Shown here one piece after another: positions 36,545 to 45,906 of a stretch of 64,000 nucleotides of DNA. Numbering within the stretch: the first letter of the stretch is position 1; the number at the start of each line of letters is the position of its first letter. This DNA comes from an uncultured virus (IMG/VR IMGVR_UViG_3300037147_000124) (Duplodnaviria > Heunggongvirae > Uroviricota > Caudoviricetes). The DNA lies in the IMG/VR virus record IMGVR_UViG_3300037147_000124, positions 1 through 64,000 of that record, one strand, 5' to 3'. Made by a program: the position numbers and the translations under genes. A model generated the notes under the pieces. That model was not told the origin of the DNA and made no database searches. It saw nothing but the letters and a program-made list of their open reading frames with translations.

Positions 36545-39500
36545 TTAGAACACTACGTCGGCGAGTTCTCCGGCTGAGACTGCTTCGGCCAGGTTGGCCT
36601 TGAAGTCGGAGCGGAGTTCAGGGATGGCCTCGGCGATGACGATGACGCCGCCGGCAGACATCGAGTAATAGCCATCCGGCAATGTCGGATGAGCGGTTAC
36701 TGACAGCTGCGAGTCGTTGTCCACATCATGCACGTGGCCATTGGTTGCGCGTACCAGGCGATGGACGGAGGTGCCCTTGAGCATCTCCTTCACCTTGTAC
36801 TTGAGGTGGATGAACGCGACCTGACCGGTCAGGCCCAGTTCCTCCATGCAGTCCATCAGCTCGTTGAGCATCCAGTTGGGGACGCCGTCACCTACGCTGA
36901 TGGTCTTGCCGTCCTCGGACACCAGGGCCTCGGACTCCATCGAGTACACCTTGTTGAGCCACTCGACTGCGATCGAGCGACGCACTTCAGGCGACCAGGC
37001 GCCGCCGCTGATGGAGAGCTTGACGCCCTCCCCTTCGGAGGTGAACTGGTTGAGGTAGAAGTCCCTGAGACCGAGGTGATGCAGTGTGGTGCTGCTCACG
37101 ATACGGCCTTCGGCATCCTTCACATCGATCGGCTCATCCCAGCCATTGGCGATGTTGTCATACGCATCCTCAGACAGCTCGCCCGTGAGGGACTTGGCTG
37201 CTTCGAACTGCGCACGCCACCAGACGCGCAACGCTTTGACGACGTCGGTGATGACATCGCTGCCGGGATAGGCCATGAGCAGCTGCAGAGGCAGCGGCTT
37301 CTTGAAGCTGTGCTCGAGCTGACGGGATTCCTCCATGATTCCCTCATAGTGGTCCTTCAGCTCTTCCAGAGCAGCGCAGACCTCGGTACGGACCAGCAGG
37401 TAGTTGCCTGCTTCGATCCGGTCCTTGGGTGCACGGCCCTGGCGGACGTAGGATGCCGGGAAGATGAGAGTCTTCTCCGACAGCTTGGCCTCCTGGCACA
37501 GTTCGGTCACCATCTTCTTGTTGCCCTTACCCTGCTGCAGGTAGTCGATGACCATGTCCGAGTTGCTCGCTGCGCGCTTGCACAGGAAGGGCTGGCGCAC
37601 CTTCATGAACGTGATGCACAGCTGGACGAAGTCCTCCACCTCCGGCTTGTAGTCCACGGGGATGAATTCCCAGAACCACTCCGGGCTGTTGATCTTGACG
37701 TCTTCCAACGACATGGCATGGAAGCCCTTCGGCACGATGTATGTGCCGTTGATGAGGGAGTCCAGGATCACGACCACGTTGTCGCCCGACAGCATGTTGT
37801 CGAGCGTGAGGCGGTTGATGAAGGTACCCAAGCTCTCACGATACTGCGTGAAGTGCTTGAGGTCCCGACGGAAGCAGTTCCAGTTCCACTCGTCCCCGAT
37901 ACCCTCATGGGTGAGGCGGTTACGTGCGGCCCAGTGGCTGTCCTTCTTCTCTTCAACCGAGATCTTCGGCTGCTTCGGATACTCCTGGATCTTGGCTGCA
38001 ACTCGGAGGACATACACCGAGTTCCAGAAGACCCAGATCGAGTCATCCATATCACCACCGTTGAGATAGCTCAGCTGTTCAGCGATCCGTTCGAGCAGGA
38101 AGCAACGGCCTTGGCCCTTGTACTTCTTCAGCTCTGCCGGGATGTAGTTGAGGAATACTAATGCTTCTGCACTGCAGGCATTGGGATTACGACCTGCTGT
38201 CACCAACACACCGTCTGGTGCATCCGGCATGCAGTTGACGAAGACAGGAATGCCCAAGCGATCCGAGCACATCTGAGCACGTGCCATGATGTGATCCGGA
38301 ACCTTGGACAGGGTGAGATCCACGATGCGCTCATCGTCGACGAATACGGTCGGCGGTGGTGCGACGTAGACACGACGCGCCCACTCATGAGGCATGGGCA
38401 CACGGCCCCGACGTAAGTCGAGGATGTTGTCGAACAGGTGACGAGTGACGCGACGGAAGCCCACAGGCATAGCCTTGGTTCCGATCCCGTCCTCCGCCAT
38501 GCGCACCAGCGCCCAGCGGTTCTCGCTCTCATCGTTGCAGGAGTTGACGAATGCACTGATCTCATCGAGCAGCTTGCCTTCGTCGCTGCCGAACAGGATA
38601 GCCGCCGCACGGTCCATATACTTGATACCAGTGGTGGCTGCCAAGCCCTTGGCACCCAGGCCCATGTTGCCCATGGTCTGGTTGTCGAGGGTGAGGTCAT
38701 GCTCCTCAGCATCCGAGAGTGCACCCAGGAAGACGCGGTCATCCACGAAGCGAACCTCCTTCTTCGAACCGAAGAGATAGAGGTCGTAGCTGCGCATGTG
38801 CGGCATCTTCCAGTAAATGCCCTTGCCTTCGCCGAACTCGCCGACGAGGGTAAGCGCCTTGTTGAAGTACCCGGGGATGTTGGAGATACCCATCCCATCG
38901 ATGGTGGCGGTTTCAGCTGCGTTGAAACGGGTCATGTCCGCATCGAGAATGCGGATAACCCGGCCGTTGTCCAGCTCGATCTCGTAGGCGGTGCCTTCGG
39001 GAACGATCGTACGGTCAATGATGTGACCCCGCATCGAGGACTGATGCGGTGCCAGGAAGCGGCGCAACCGCTTGGCTGCCTTCGCGTCACTGGATACCCA
39101 GATACCCAGATCCTTGAAGCTGCGTGCCTTGCAGTTGTCGGATACGAAGAGAGCGGTGCCCTCATCGATCACGTTGCCGTAGATGGGGACGTAGCGAATG
39201 CCCGTCTGCTTGTCGGTCCAGCCGGAGCGCACCAGCGACCAGGCCTTGTTGGCCATGTGCTTGGTGGCGTTCTTGCCGGATGCTTCGAAGCTGACGAAGC
39301 CGTAGGTGACGCCTTCTGCCAGGAGGTCATCGAGAGCCTGACGGGTCTCGCTGTCATCGATGGCAGTCTTCGAGTCGAAGGATGCGCCTTCCTTGCGGAT
39401 ACGGCGCGTGATCTCCTTCAGGTTGACCTCACCCTCAGCACCGTGGGATACGGCGCTCAGCACCAGCTGGAATGCCAGCTTGCTGGTGGGTTCGGTTGGG

Positions 39501-39643
39501 GTAACGGCTTCTGCGACTGCGACTGCGGCCGCTCCAAAGCTCTCTGAAGTGATCGGTGACGCTGCAACCACTTCGTTGACAACGATACGGGCGATGAAGC
39601 GACCAGTCTTGGGGTCACGAGCTGCTACGGTTCTCTGAGACAT
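36545..39643 (-). CDS. single-chain two-barrel RNA polymerase, YonO / cellular RdRP-like
   Basis: Colinear RdRP-type motifs: IDGMGIS, GEGKG, LDNQ, LRRGRVPMP, GRNP, LNGGDMDDSIWVFW, LGTFIN, IDYLQQG; AAGGAG RBS. Confidence 0.8.
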   Translation of the reverse strand: MSQRTVAARDPKTGRFIARIVVNEVVAASPITSESFGAAAVAVAEAVTPTEPTSKLAFQLVLSAVSHGAEGEVNLKEITRRIRKEGASFDSKTAIDDSETRQALDDLLAEGVTYGFVSFEASGKNATKHMANKAWSLVRSGWTDKQTGIRYVPIYGNVIDEGTALFVSDNCKARSFKDLGIWVSSDAKAAKRLRRFLAPHQSSMRGHIIDRTIVPEGTAYEIELDNGRVIRILDADMTRFNAAETATIDGMGISNIPGYFNKALTLVGEFGEGKGIYWKMPHMRSYDLYLFGSKKEVRFVDDRVFLGALSDAEEHDLTLDNQTMGNMGLGAKGLAATTGIKYMDRAAAILFGSDEGKLLDEISAFVNSCNDESENRWALVRMAEDGIGTKAMPVGFRRVTRHLFDNILDLRRGRVPMPHEWARRVYVAPPPTVFVDDERIVDLTLSKVPDHIMARAQMCSDRLGIPVFVNCMPDAPDGVLVTAGRNPNACSAEALVFLNYIPAELKKYKGQGRCFLLERIAEQLSYLNGGDMDDSIWVFWNSVYVLRVAAKIQEYPKQPKISVEEKKDSHWAARNRLTHEGIGDEWNWNCFRRDLKHFTQYRESLGTFINRLTLDNMLSGDNVVVILDSLINGTYIVPKGFHAMSLEDVKINSPEWFWEFIPVDYKPEVEDFVQLCITFMKVRQPFLCKRAASNSDMVIDYLQQGKGNKKMVTELCQEAKLSEKTLIFPASYVRQGRAPKDRIEAGNYLLVRTEVCAALEELKDHYEGIMEESRQLEHSFKKPLPLQLLMAYPGSDVITDVVKALRVWWRAQFEAAKSLTGELSEDAYDNIANGWDEPIDVKDAEGRIVSSTTLHHLGLRDFYLNQFTSEGEGVKLSISGGAWSPEVRRSIAVEWLNKVYSMESEALVSEDGKTISVGDGVPNWMLNELMDCMEELGLTGQVAFIHLKYKVKEMLKGTSVHRLVRATNGHVHDVDNDSQLSVTAHPTLPDGYYSMSAGGVIVIAEAIPELRSDFKANLAEAVSAGELADVVF

Positions 39644-39741
39644 GTGGTTCTCCTTTGTCCAGATCTCCACGATCTGAACGGCTATGCCAGTCGGGTAACT
39701 GGCGAGTTGTGGTTGTGAGTTGGGGGAGCAGGTCTATGCGC

Positions 39742-39924
39742 TTACCCCTGCCACGGGAAGTTGACATTGCTTACCCACGCCTCGTGGTCTTCCTTCTGCT
39801 TCTGAAGGCGTGCGGCGTATGCGACGTTCGACTCGACAGGCGTAGCTGGCTTATCGGCTGGGTACACATACAGAAGGAGTGCGCTAACGACGAGGAAACA
39901 AACGATGAAGAATGCGATCAACAT
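39742..39924 (-). CDS. single-pass membrane protein
   Basis: AAGGAG RBS; MLIAFFIVCFLVVSALLLY. Confidence 0.65.
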   Translation of the reverse strand: MLIAFFIVCFLVVSALLLYVYPADKPATPVESNVAYAARLQKQKEDHEAWVSNVNFPWQG

Positions 39925-40011
39925 GGTGCTTTCTCCTTTCAAGAGAAAGCCCACAGTCATGAAGACCTGTGGGCAGTTAGAGTGAGGTTGACGAACAGAC
40001 TGTTGGTCAGA

Positions 40012-40539
40012 CTACTTGGCGGACTGAGCGATCAATGCGATCAGGTCAGCCTTGGACATGTCGTTGAGCTGCGCTTCGAGGTTGGTCATCTCCACACCCG
40101 GGGTGCGGGCGATGGATGCTGCGGACGTGGCCTTGCCCCACTTGCTGAGCTTGCCGCTGATGCTCTCGCCGATGGATGCGGACTTCGACAGCATGTAGCC
40201 GGTGGCGTGGAGGGTGACTGGCACAGCCAGCACTTCCACTTTGCCGACGACCGGAGCGGTCTTCTCTGCAGCGGTCTTGATGATGCTGCCTGTCCAGTTG
40301 ATGAAGCGGTTGCTGACGCTGCCGCTGATGGCCTGGTCCAGGGTCTGCTTGGTGGCGATGGGTGCCACGACTGCTACTGTGGTTGCGGCAACCTGGGTGG
40401 TTGCCTGGGCGATTGCTGCTGCGATGATGGTCTGGAGCTGCTCTGCTGTCATGGTCACGGTGTTCTCTTTGGTTGCCTTGGTGGACTTCTTGGAAGTTGA
40501 GTTGACGGTCGCGGTTGCTGCCTTGATGGAAACTGCCAT
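40012..40539 (-). CDS. Ala/Thr/Lys-rich protein, first gene of the left arm
   Basis: AAAGGAGAACCAC RBS region, shared with the polymerase gene. Confidence 0.75.
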   Translation of the reverse strand: MAVSIKAATATVNSTSKKSTKATKENTVTMTAEQLQTIIAAAIAQATTQVAATTVAVVAPIATKQTLDQAISGSVSNRFINWTGSIIKTAAEKTAPVVGKVEVLAVPVTLHATGYMLSKSASIGESISGKLSKWGKATSAASIARTPGVEMTNLEAQLNDMSKADLIALIAQSAK

Positions 40540-40783
40540 GGTGGTTCTCCTTTGTACGGGTTGGGGTTATTGATTAGGACCGGGTGGGCTCGAACCTAAG
40601 TCGAGGGTCACTCAGTACCACTGATTACCTGGTGTCTCTATCCCCAAACCTGTCCGCCCCTCGTGATGGCTCAAGGGACCTTTCCCACTCAGCGTGCGGT
40701 GAATACCCCACGTAATCGCCGCATGCCAGCCATCGCTCAAAAGCTGTCCAGGATGCAAACAGAAAAGGCCTCGCGTGTGGGCC

Positions 40784-40812
40784 TTTGGTAGTCGGGCGCC
40801 CTCCCTGACACT
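40784..40812 (+). promoter_or_regulatory. class II promoter TTTGGTAG-N15-GACACT (leaderless)
   Basis: ATG 6 nt downstream; no SD sequence. Confidence 0.65.
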
Positions 40813-40818
40813 CGAGTT

Positions 40819-41148
40819 ATGAGCAAGGCAATCAAGCACGATCCCATCAGCACCAGCACGGCGAAGTTCAAACTGCGGGACACCTACGCACCGGGCAAGT
40901 TCGGCGTGTACCACGCCGATGGCGTCATCGTCAGCAGTCCGGTCATGCAGATCGACGGCAAGTACGTGGCGATCTCCGATGAAATCTTCGTTGAAACCCA
41001 TCGTCTGCTCTTCGACATCACCTCCCTGGGTACAGACGGACTGATGATCCAGGTCTACGAGAAGACGATGCCGGCAACCCTGTGGCAGCGCCTTCGGGCA
41101 GGCTGGCTTCGTCTCTTTGAACCGAGTGCTTGCCTGACGGGGTGCTGA
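40819..41148 (+). CDS. hypothetical protein
   Basis: First plus-arm ORF; codon bias. Confidence 0.7.
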   Translation: MSKAIKHDPISTSTAKFKLRDTYAPGKFGVYHADGVIVSSPVMQIDGKYVAISDEIFVETHRLLFDITSLGTDGLMIQVYEKTMPATLWQRLRAGWLRLFEPSACLTGC

Positions 41149-41322
41149 TGACCTTCTCTGATCTCATCCGCAGTCCGAAGTTCCTGCCCACCGTCATGGT
41201 GGCGCTGTCGGTGGCAGCATCCTGCCGGTACGCCCTCCAGGCGGACTGGCGCCACGCCATCTACTGGATGGCCTCTGCAGTTTTGGTTTCAGCAGTCACG
41301 TACTAGAAGGAGTTCCCTAACC

Positions 41323-41688
41323 GTGGACTATTTGAAGATCGCCGAGGATGCCATGCGTGTCTTCGACAACCACTACGATTACGAGATCGATCTGCTCAAT
41401 CGGAACAAGGTCATGCCCGTCCTGATTGCAAAATCGGGGAAAGACAAAAACGCTGCATTCGACGAGGATGACCTGGCTCACATGTTCTTTTACCTGGAGA
41501 CATCCAACTCGATCCCCAAGGATGCTGTTCTGGCCATGCCTCACGGATGCCCCTTTCAGACGGAGCGCGCGAAGTGTGTCTATGACTGGGGCCTCAACAC
41601 CAGCCACCACAGTGGCCACGTCGTTCTCTATGACGCCGCTCAGGTTGATGCGTTCCGCTCGGCCGCGGCATTCAACATCAAGTGGTAA
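41323..41688 (+). CDS. hypothetical protein
   Basis: AAGGAG RBS; GTG start. Confidence 0.7.
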   Translation: MDYLKIAEDAMRVFDNHYDYEIDLLNRNKVMPVLIAKSGKDKNAAFDEDDLAHMFFYLETSNSIPKDAVLAMPHGCPFQTERAKCVYDWGLNTSHHSGHVVLYDAAQVDAFRSAAAFNIKW

Positions 41689-41751
41689 AACTGCGCCACC
41701 TAACCAGTTTCTGATTTCCAAATCAGAAACATCACAAATACCAGGAGACTT

Positions 41752-42267
41752 ATGACCCTCAATCACTACTTGCTGAACATCACCATCACCGACGGCATGT
41801 TGAACTCCGACAAGTCCGACGCCAACGACATCGAGGTCGCCGCGTTGGCCACCGACCAGGAAGATGCGCAGAAGATCGTGCTCGCGTTCTACACCCAGTC
41901 CGGCCTGTCCTCGAAGGTGATCGACGGCGTGCACACCCTGTATCGCACGGCCGACCTGCAGAAGCCGGGTTCGATCCGCACGGTGCGCGTCAACACCATC
42001 GTCGATCTGCCGATCGCCACAGTGACCGAGGCCAGCTCGGCTCCCGTCGTGAAACCGGCCGTGAAGGCCCCCACTGCCAAGGAGAAGAAGGCAGCTGCTG
42101 CAGCTGAAGCCGCCGCGGGCGCGCAGGAGAAGACAGAAGATCCGATCGAGACCCAGACCAAGGAGACACCAGGCGAAACCGGTGATGCAGGCAAGATCAC
42201 CGAGGGAACTGGCTTCGGCGTAGGCACCCAGACGGACGCGCAGGAAGGCGCTACGGAACAGAAGTAA
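41752..42267 (+). CDS. hypothetical protein with low-complexity acidic tail
   Basis: AGGAG RBS. Confidence 0.75.
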   Translation: MTLNHYLLNITITDGMLNSDKSDANDIEVAALATDQEDAQKIVLAFYTQSGLSSKVIDGVHTLYRTADLQKPGSIRTVRVNTIVDLPIATVTEASSAPVVKPAVKAPTAKEKKAAAAAEAAAGAQEKTEDPIETQTKETPGETGDAGKITEGTGFGVGTQTDAQEGATEQK

Positions 42268-42336
42268 CGACATTGCATCTCGAACGGTTCGCCGCAAAGC
42301 GACTTCGAGGCACAACCACCCGGGTTACCGGGCTCA

Positions 42337-42362
42337 GGAAGCCACCTTCGGGTGGCTTTTCC
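42337..42362 (+). terminator. intrinsic terminator
   Basis: AAGCCACC-TTCG-GGTGGCTTTT. Confidence 0.75.
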
Positions 42363-42371
42363 TGTTGGGGC

Positions 42372-42400
42372 TTTGGTAGTCCCCTGCCCTCTTCCATACT
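42372..42400 (+). promoter_or_regulatory. class II promoter TTTGGTAG-N15-CATACT
   Basis: Recurring motif just after a terminator. Confidence 0.7.
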
Positions 42401-42438
42401 CAGCACATCAGCCCAAACCGGGCGAGGAGATGAGAGCA

Positions 42439-42654
42439 ATGCCAGAGAAAGAAGCCATTCAGTTTGCAGTCACCGAGACCAAGATCCGCGACAAGAAGGT
42501 CGGTCGCGTAGGCACCGTAACCCTCGAGAGCGCCAACAGCAAGGGCTGCAGCCGGATCGTGCTGGTAGGCCAGGAAACGATCATCAACGACTACCGCGTC
42601 GGCGAGTTCTATGAGTTGACACTCAACCAGGTCACGGCGCCGGTCGCAGACTGA
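42439..42654 (+). CDS. hypothetical protein
   Basis: GAGGAG RBS. Confidence 0.65.
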   Translation: MPEKEAIQFAVTETKIRDKKVGRVGTVTLESANSKGCSRIVLVGQETIINDYRVGEFYELTLNQVTAPVAD

Positions 42655-42908
42655 TGCGCACAGCCGGCATCAAGGTCTCCGCCGCCGACATCCGCCGCCT
42701 GATCGACGGCAAGTCGCTCACCATCAACCTGCCGGCAGATGTCACTACCCTCCAGATCACGCTCTACGGCATGGAAGACGCCAAGAAGGATGCAAAGACG
42801 GAGTTTCTGGAAAGTATGCGAGAAGTCGCTGCCGGTCTTCCAGGGCTCAACAAAGAACGCGTCGAAGCGTTCCTACAACGGGTAGCAACGATTGGCAACA
42901 GATTCTGA
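42654..42908 (+). CDS. hypothetical protein
   Basis: TGATG coupling. Confidence 0.65.
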   Translation: MRTAGIKVSAADIRRLIDGKSLTINLPADVTTLQITLYGMEDAKKDAKTEFLESMREVAAGLPGLNKERVEAFLQRVATIGNRF

Positions 42909-42920
42909 AAGGACAGCACC

Positions 42921-43280
42921 ATGTGGAGTATCGCAATTGAAGCATCCATGAAGGAAGACGACGGCAGCTACGTGAAGGTCAACCTCAGCACCGAGTTCCA
43001 TGGCGGCGAAGGCGCGCTGGACAAGCACCTCGCTGAAGGCGCCGATTCGGTGAACAAGTTCTTCGACCGTCTCGACGAAGAGCCGGAGCCGGAGCTTGAA
43101 GCAGTCCTGGGCGTATCCCACGCAGGGTGCGGTGGCCTCCGCGGAACACCATTCGTCACCACGGGAAACATCACTCCTGCGGCCGGTGTCGACTTCCCCA
43201 ATGGCTTCGCCACACTCGTTCAGTGCGAACCCCTGCTGCCCAACCAGCCCCGCATCATCTTCATCATCTCGGAAGACTAA
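42921..43280 (+). CDS. hypothetical protein
   Basis: AAGGA RBS. Confidence 0.65.
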   Translation: MWSIAIEASMKEDDGSYVKVNLSTEFHGGEGALDKHLAEGADSVNKFFDRLDEEPEPELEAVLGVSHAGCGGLRGTPFVTTGNITPAAGVDFPNGFATLVQCEPLLPNQPRIIFIISED

Positions 43281-43316
43281 AGCCCTCACCCTCAGATCCA
43301 CCCAGGAGCAGTTCAA

Positions 43317-43643
43317 ATGAAGATTCGCCCTCTCAGTCAGTACACCATCATCAAACTCGATCCCTCGGAGAAGCAGATCGGCTCCATCCTCACGCCGGGT
43401 GGCACGTTCGAGCAGTTCAACGTGCCCAAGCGCACCGGAACCGTCATGGCCGTCGGCCGCGGTCTGGTGACCGCCGGCGGGCAGGTTCTCCCACCCCAGG
43501 TTGTCCCTGGCGATCGCGTCTACGTCCTTGAAGCCAAGGTCAAGATCGAGGTTGAGTACGACGGGGTCATGTGCCTCGCTCTTTCCGACGAGTCTCACAT
43601 CGTCGGCGTCATCGTTGAAGACAACGATGGGAAGGAGGGGTAA
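43317..43643 (+). CDS. groES: co-chaperonin GroES
   Basis: MKIRPL, GTVMAVGRG, VVPGDRV, ESHIVGVI. Confidence 0.88.
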   Translation: MKIRPLSQYTIIKLDPSEKQIGSILTPGGTFEQFNVPKRTGTVMAVGRGLVTAGGQVLPPQVVPGDRVYVLEAKVKIEVEYDGVMCLALSDESHIVGVIVEDNDGKEG

Positions 43644-43708
43644 TGCCCTCCTTATGACGCACTAAAGGGCTTAGTGCCCTGTTTATGAACCAAACTGGAA
43701 GGAAACAC

Positions 43709-43930
43709 ATGGCAATCAATCGCAAGAAGCCTGGCGCCGTCGTCAAGCAGAAGTTCATCGTCTACACCACCGTCAAAGCGGACCTCGGAGTCCACATCGA
43801 GGCGGATTCCTGGGAAGACGCAGTAGCCGTCGCCAAGGGCCTCAAGTTCGAGACCATCGTGAGCACCGAAGGCCTCGAGTACATGGATTCGGATCCCGTG
43901 CAGATCAACTCGATCTCCAGCGACTCCTAA
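43709..43930 (+). CDS. hypothetical protein
   Basis: AAGGA RBS before MAINRK. Confidence 0.6.
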   Translation: MAINRKKPGAVVKQKFIVYTTVKADLGVHIEADSWEDAVAVAKGLKFETIVSTEGLEYMDSDPVQINSISSDS

Positions 43931-44501
43931 TGCGCCCGCCTCTCTCCGAGCCACCCAACCGGAACCAGCAGCTGGTCAACACGCTCAGCGCGCTCTGTGA
44001 GCGGCGCGGGTGGACGAGTACGCTTGACCAGGCTCGTTATCTGTTCGGCCCGCACCACTGTGAGATGTTCATGGAGTGTGGCCGGTGGGTAAAGCGCTGC
44101 CAATGCGGCGCGGAGGTCGACCCCAGTCAGGGTGGCCACCTCCTTCACCTGATCCAGATCCTGACTGTGGAGATGACCAATGAAGTTGTATCAGATTCAG
44201 TACACGGTGACCTTCGGCAAGGGCCCGAGCGCCCTCTGCTTCCCGGACACAATGGTAGTTCCAGCGAACACGGAAGCGGAAGCGAAATCATCCTTTATCG
44301 GGACGGTGGAGAGGGTTGGCACGCTGCTGATGAAGTTCAACGACACCCGGCTGATGGCCCCGATCCGCGACCTCGGCGGTTCGCTCGCTATCATCGGATG
44401 CTCGAAGCTCTGAAGCGAACCTTCTCTAAGTGGTTCGCCTGATCGCGCCAGGGCGGCGCTGATCAGATACTCAATCTAACCAAAGCGGTGAAACGCGATT
44501 T

Positions 44502-44536
44502 GGGGTACGGCCCTAAGAAGCCGTGCCCCTCTTTTT
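44502..44536 (+). terminator. intrinsic terminator
   Basis: GGGGTACGGC/GCCGTGCCCC stem followed by TCTTTTT. Confidence 0.7.
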
Positions 44537-44546
44537 GTGCCCAGGC

Positions 44547-44575
44547 TTTGGTAGTCCGGCCGCGGCGCCCATCCT
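44547..44575 (+). promoter_or_regulatory. class II promoter TTTGGTAG-N15-CATCCT (leaderless)
   Basis: ATG 6 nt downstream. Confidence 0.65.
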
Positions 44576-44581
44576 GGGTGC

Positions 44582-44788
44582 ATGGACGCCAAGAAAGAAG
44601 TCATGCGTCTCCTCAAGGAATCCGGAGTCGAGGAGCGCCATAACAAACACCAGGCCTACCGGTTGAACGGTCATCTGATCGTGATCACCGGCACCAAGAC
44701 TGACGACCGCGGCTGGATGAACAAGCTGTCGGAGATCCGCCGCGCCATCAAGACGCCGGCTGTAGAAGCTTTTCGGAAGGCCGCATGA
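44582..44788 (+). CDS. HicA-like small protein
   Basis: 68 aa, basic; KEVMRLLKESG...KH..Y....IVI..T..D.R pattern. Confidence 0.5.
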   Translation: MDAKKEVMRLLKESGVEERHNKHQAYRLNGHLIVITGTKTDDRGWMNKLSEIRRAIKTPAVEAFRKAA

Positions 44789-44897
44789 TGCTCAATCGAA
44801 TTCTCTGCTTCTTCGGACTGCATCGCTGGGTCCCGGCCGGTCCTTACATCGAGACTTGCCGCTGCTGTGGCGCGGTGCAAAACGTCTGGGTCCTCCT

Positions 44898-45791
44898 GTG
44901 AAGGAATGGACCCACGCCGATCTGGTAGCCCGGGCCGCCCGCTGGCTGTGGGGTACCTACGGCTGCAAGGCCGTGCTCACGGAGATGACCACTCACTCTG
45001 GCGAGATCCCTGACGTCATCGGCTGGAAGTTCAATGGACGCTCCGTCCTGGTCGAGTGCAAGACCAGCCGCGCCGACTTCAAAGCCGACGCCGACAAGCC
45101 CTTCCGCCAGAACCTGAACATCGCACTCGGCGCCGAACGCTACTACTTCGTGCCGGCGGGGCTGATCAAGCCGGAGGAGCTGCCGGCGGACTGGGGCCTG
45201 GCGGAACTGAAGGGCAACGGGGTCCACATCACCGTCCACGCCCGGCCGCGCAAGGACCTTCGTTCTGATGTAGCCCGCAACTACGAGATGCGCATGCTGG
45301 TCGCTGCCCTGGGCCGCACTGCCGCGCGTCTCCAGCCCATCCAGCTCAACGACTGGCTGCGCTGGGAGAACCGGGAGCAGTCGCTCAACCAGATGCACGG
45401 CTGGGTCACCAAGGAAGATCACGAGGCCCACCTCTCCGCCCTGGCTGGCTGGGAGCAGGTTACCGATCCCAAGGATCTCCCGATCGACGACGTCACAGGT
45501 GAGGCCTGGTGTCCCAAGCATGAGCAGGCCTTCGCCGACTGTTGCTGCATCGGCCCAGGCGAGCAGCATGTCCAGTACGAGGTGAAGAACGGCGTGCTGA
45601 TGGCTTTTCCCATGGCGATGCACTGCTGCAAGTTCGAGCCCATCGAGTTGCGGGTAGCCCCGAGTCTCCGCATCGATGCCTGCGTTCTCCCGACGGACCA
45701 GGAGCGCTGGAGAGGCCGCAAGGACACGGAGTCCTTCATTCCAGGTCCCTCTTTGGTAGGCCTGTCCCTACAGGGGATTATTGCGGAGTGA
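44898..45791 (+). CDS. PD-(D/E)xK nuclease (MmcB-like) with C-terminal extension
   Basis: IPDVIGW...LVECKTSRADFKAD, RYYFVP, ELP..WGL. Confidence 0.75.
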   Translation: MKEWTHADLVARAARWLWGTYGCKAVLTEMTTHSGEIPDVIGWKFNGRSVLVECKTSRADFKADADKPFRQNLNIALGAERYYFVPAGLIKPEELPADWGLAELKGNGVHITVHARPRKDLRSDVARNYEMRMLVAALGRTAARLQPIQLNDWLRWENREQSLNQMHGWVTKEDHEAHLSALAGWEQVTDPKDLPIDDVTGEAWCPKHEQAFADCCCIGPGEQHVQYEVKNGVLMAFPMAMHCCKFEPIELRVAPSLRIDACVLPTDQERWRGRKDTESFIPGPSLVGLSLQGIIAE

Positions 45792-45906
45792 ATCGTAACT
45801 TTTCCGTTGGAGGGACCCATGGCGACCGTCGTTTCCGTCAACCACATCGATCTCTTTGACACCACACAGCTGGATGCGGAGTTCCGCGCCAGCAAGGAGC
45901 GTAAGA

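Noticed and set aside
36728..39547. Long antisense ORFs (e.g. 36728-38161, 38438-39547; also 55690-57138, 59519-61261, 62557-63996)
   Set aside because: Shadow frames of GC-biased genes on the opposite strand; no RBS or motifs.
43317..43643. GroES without GroEL as a novelty
   Set aside because: Solo co-chaperonins are well known in large phages (e.g. T4 gp31).
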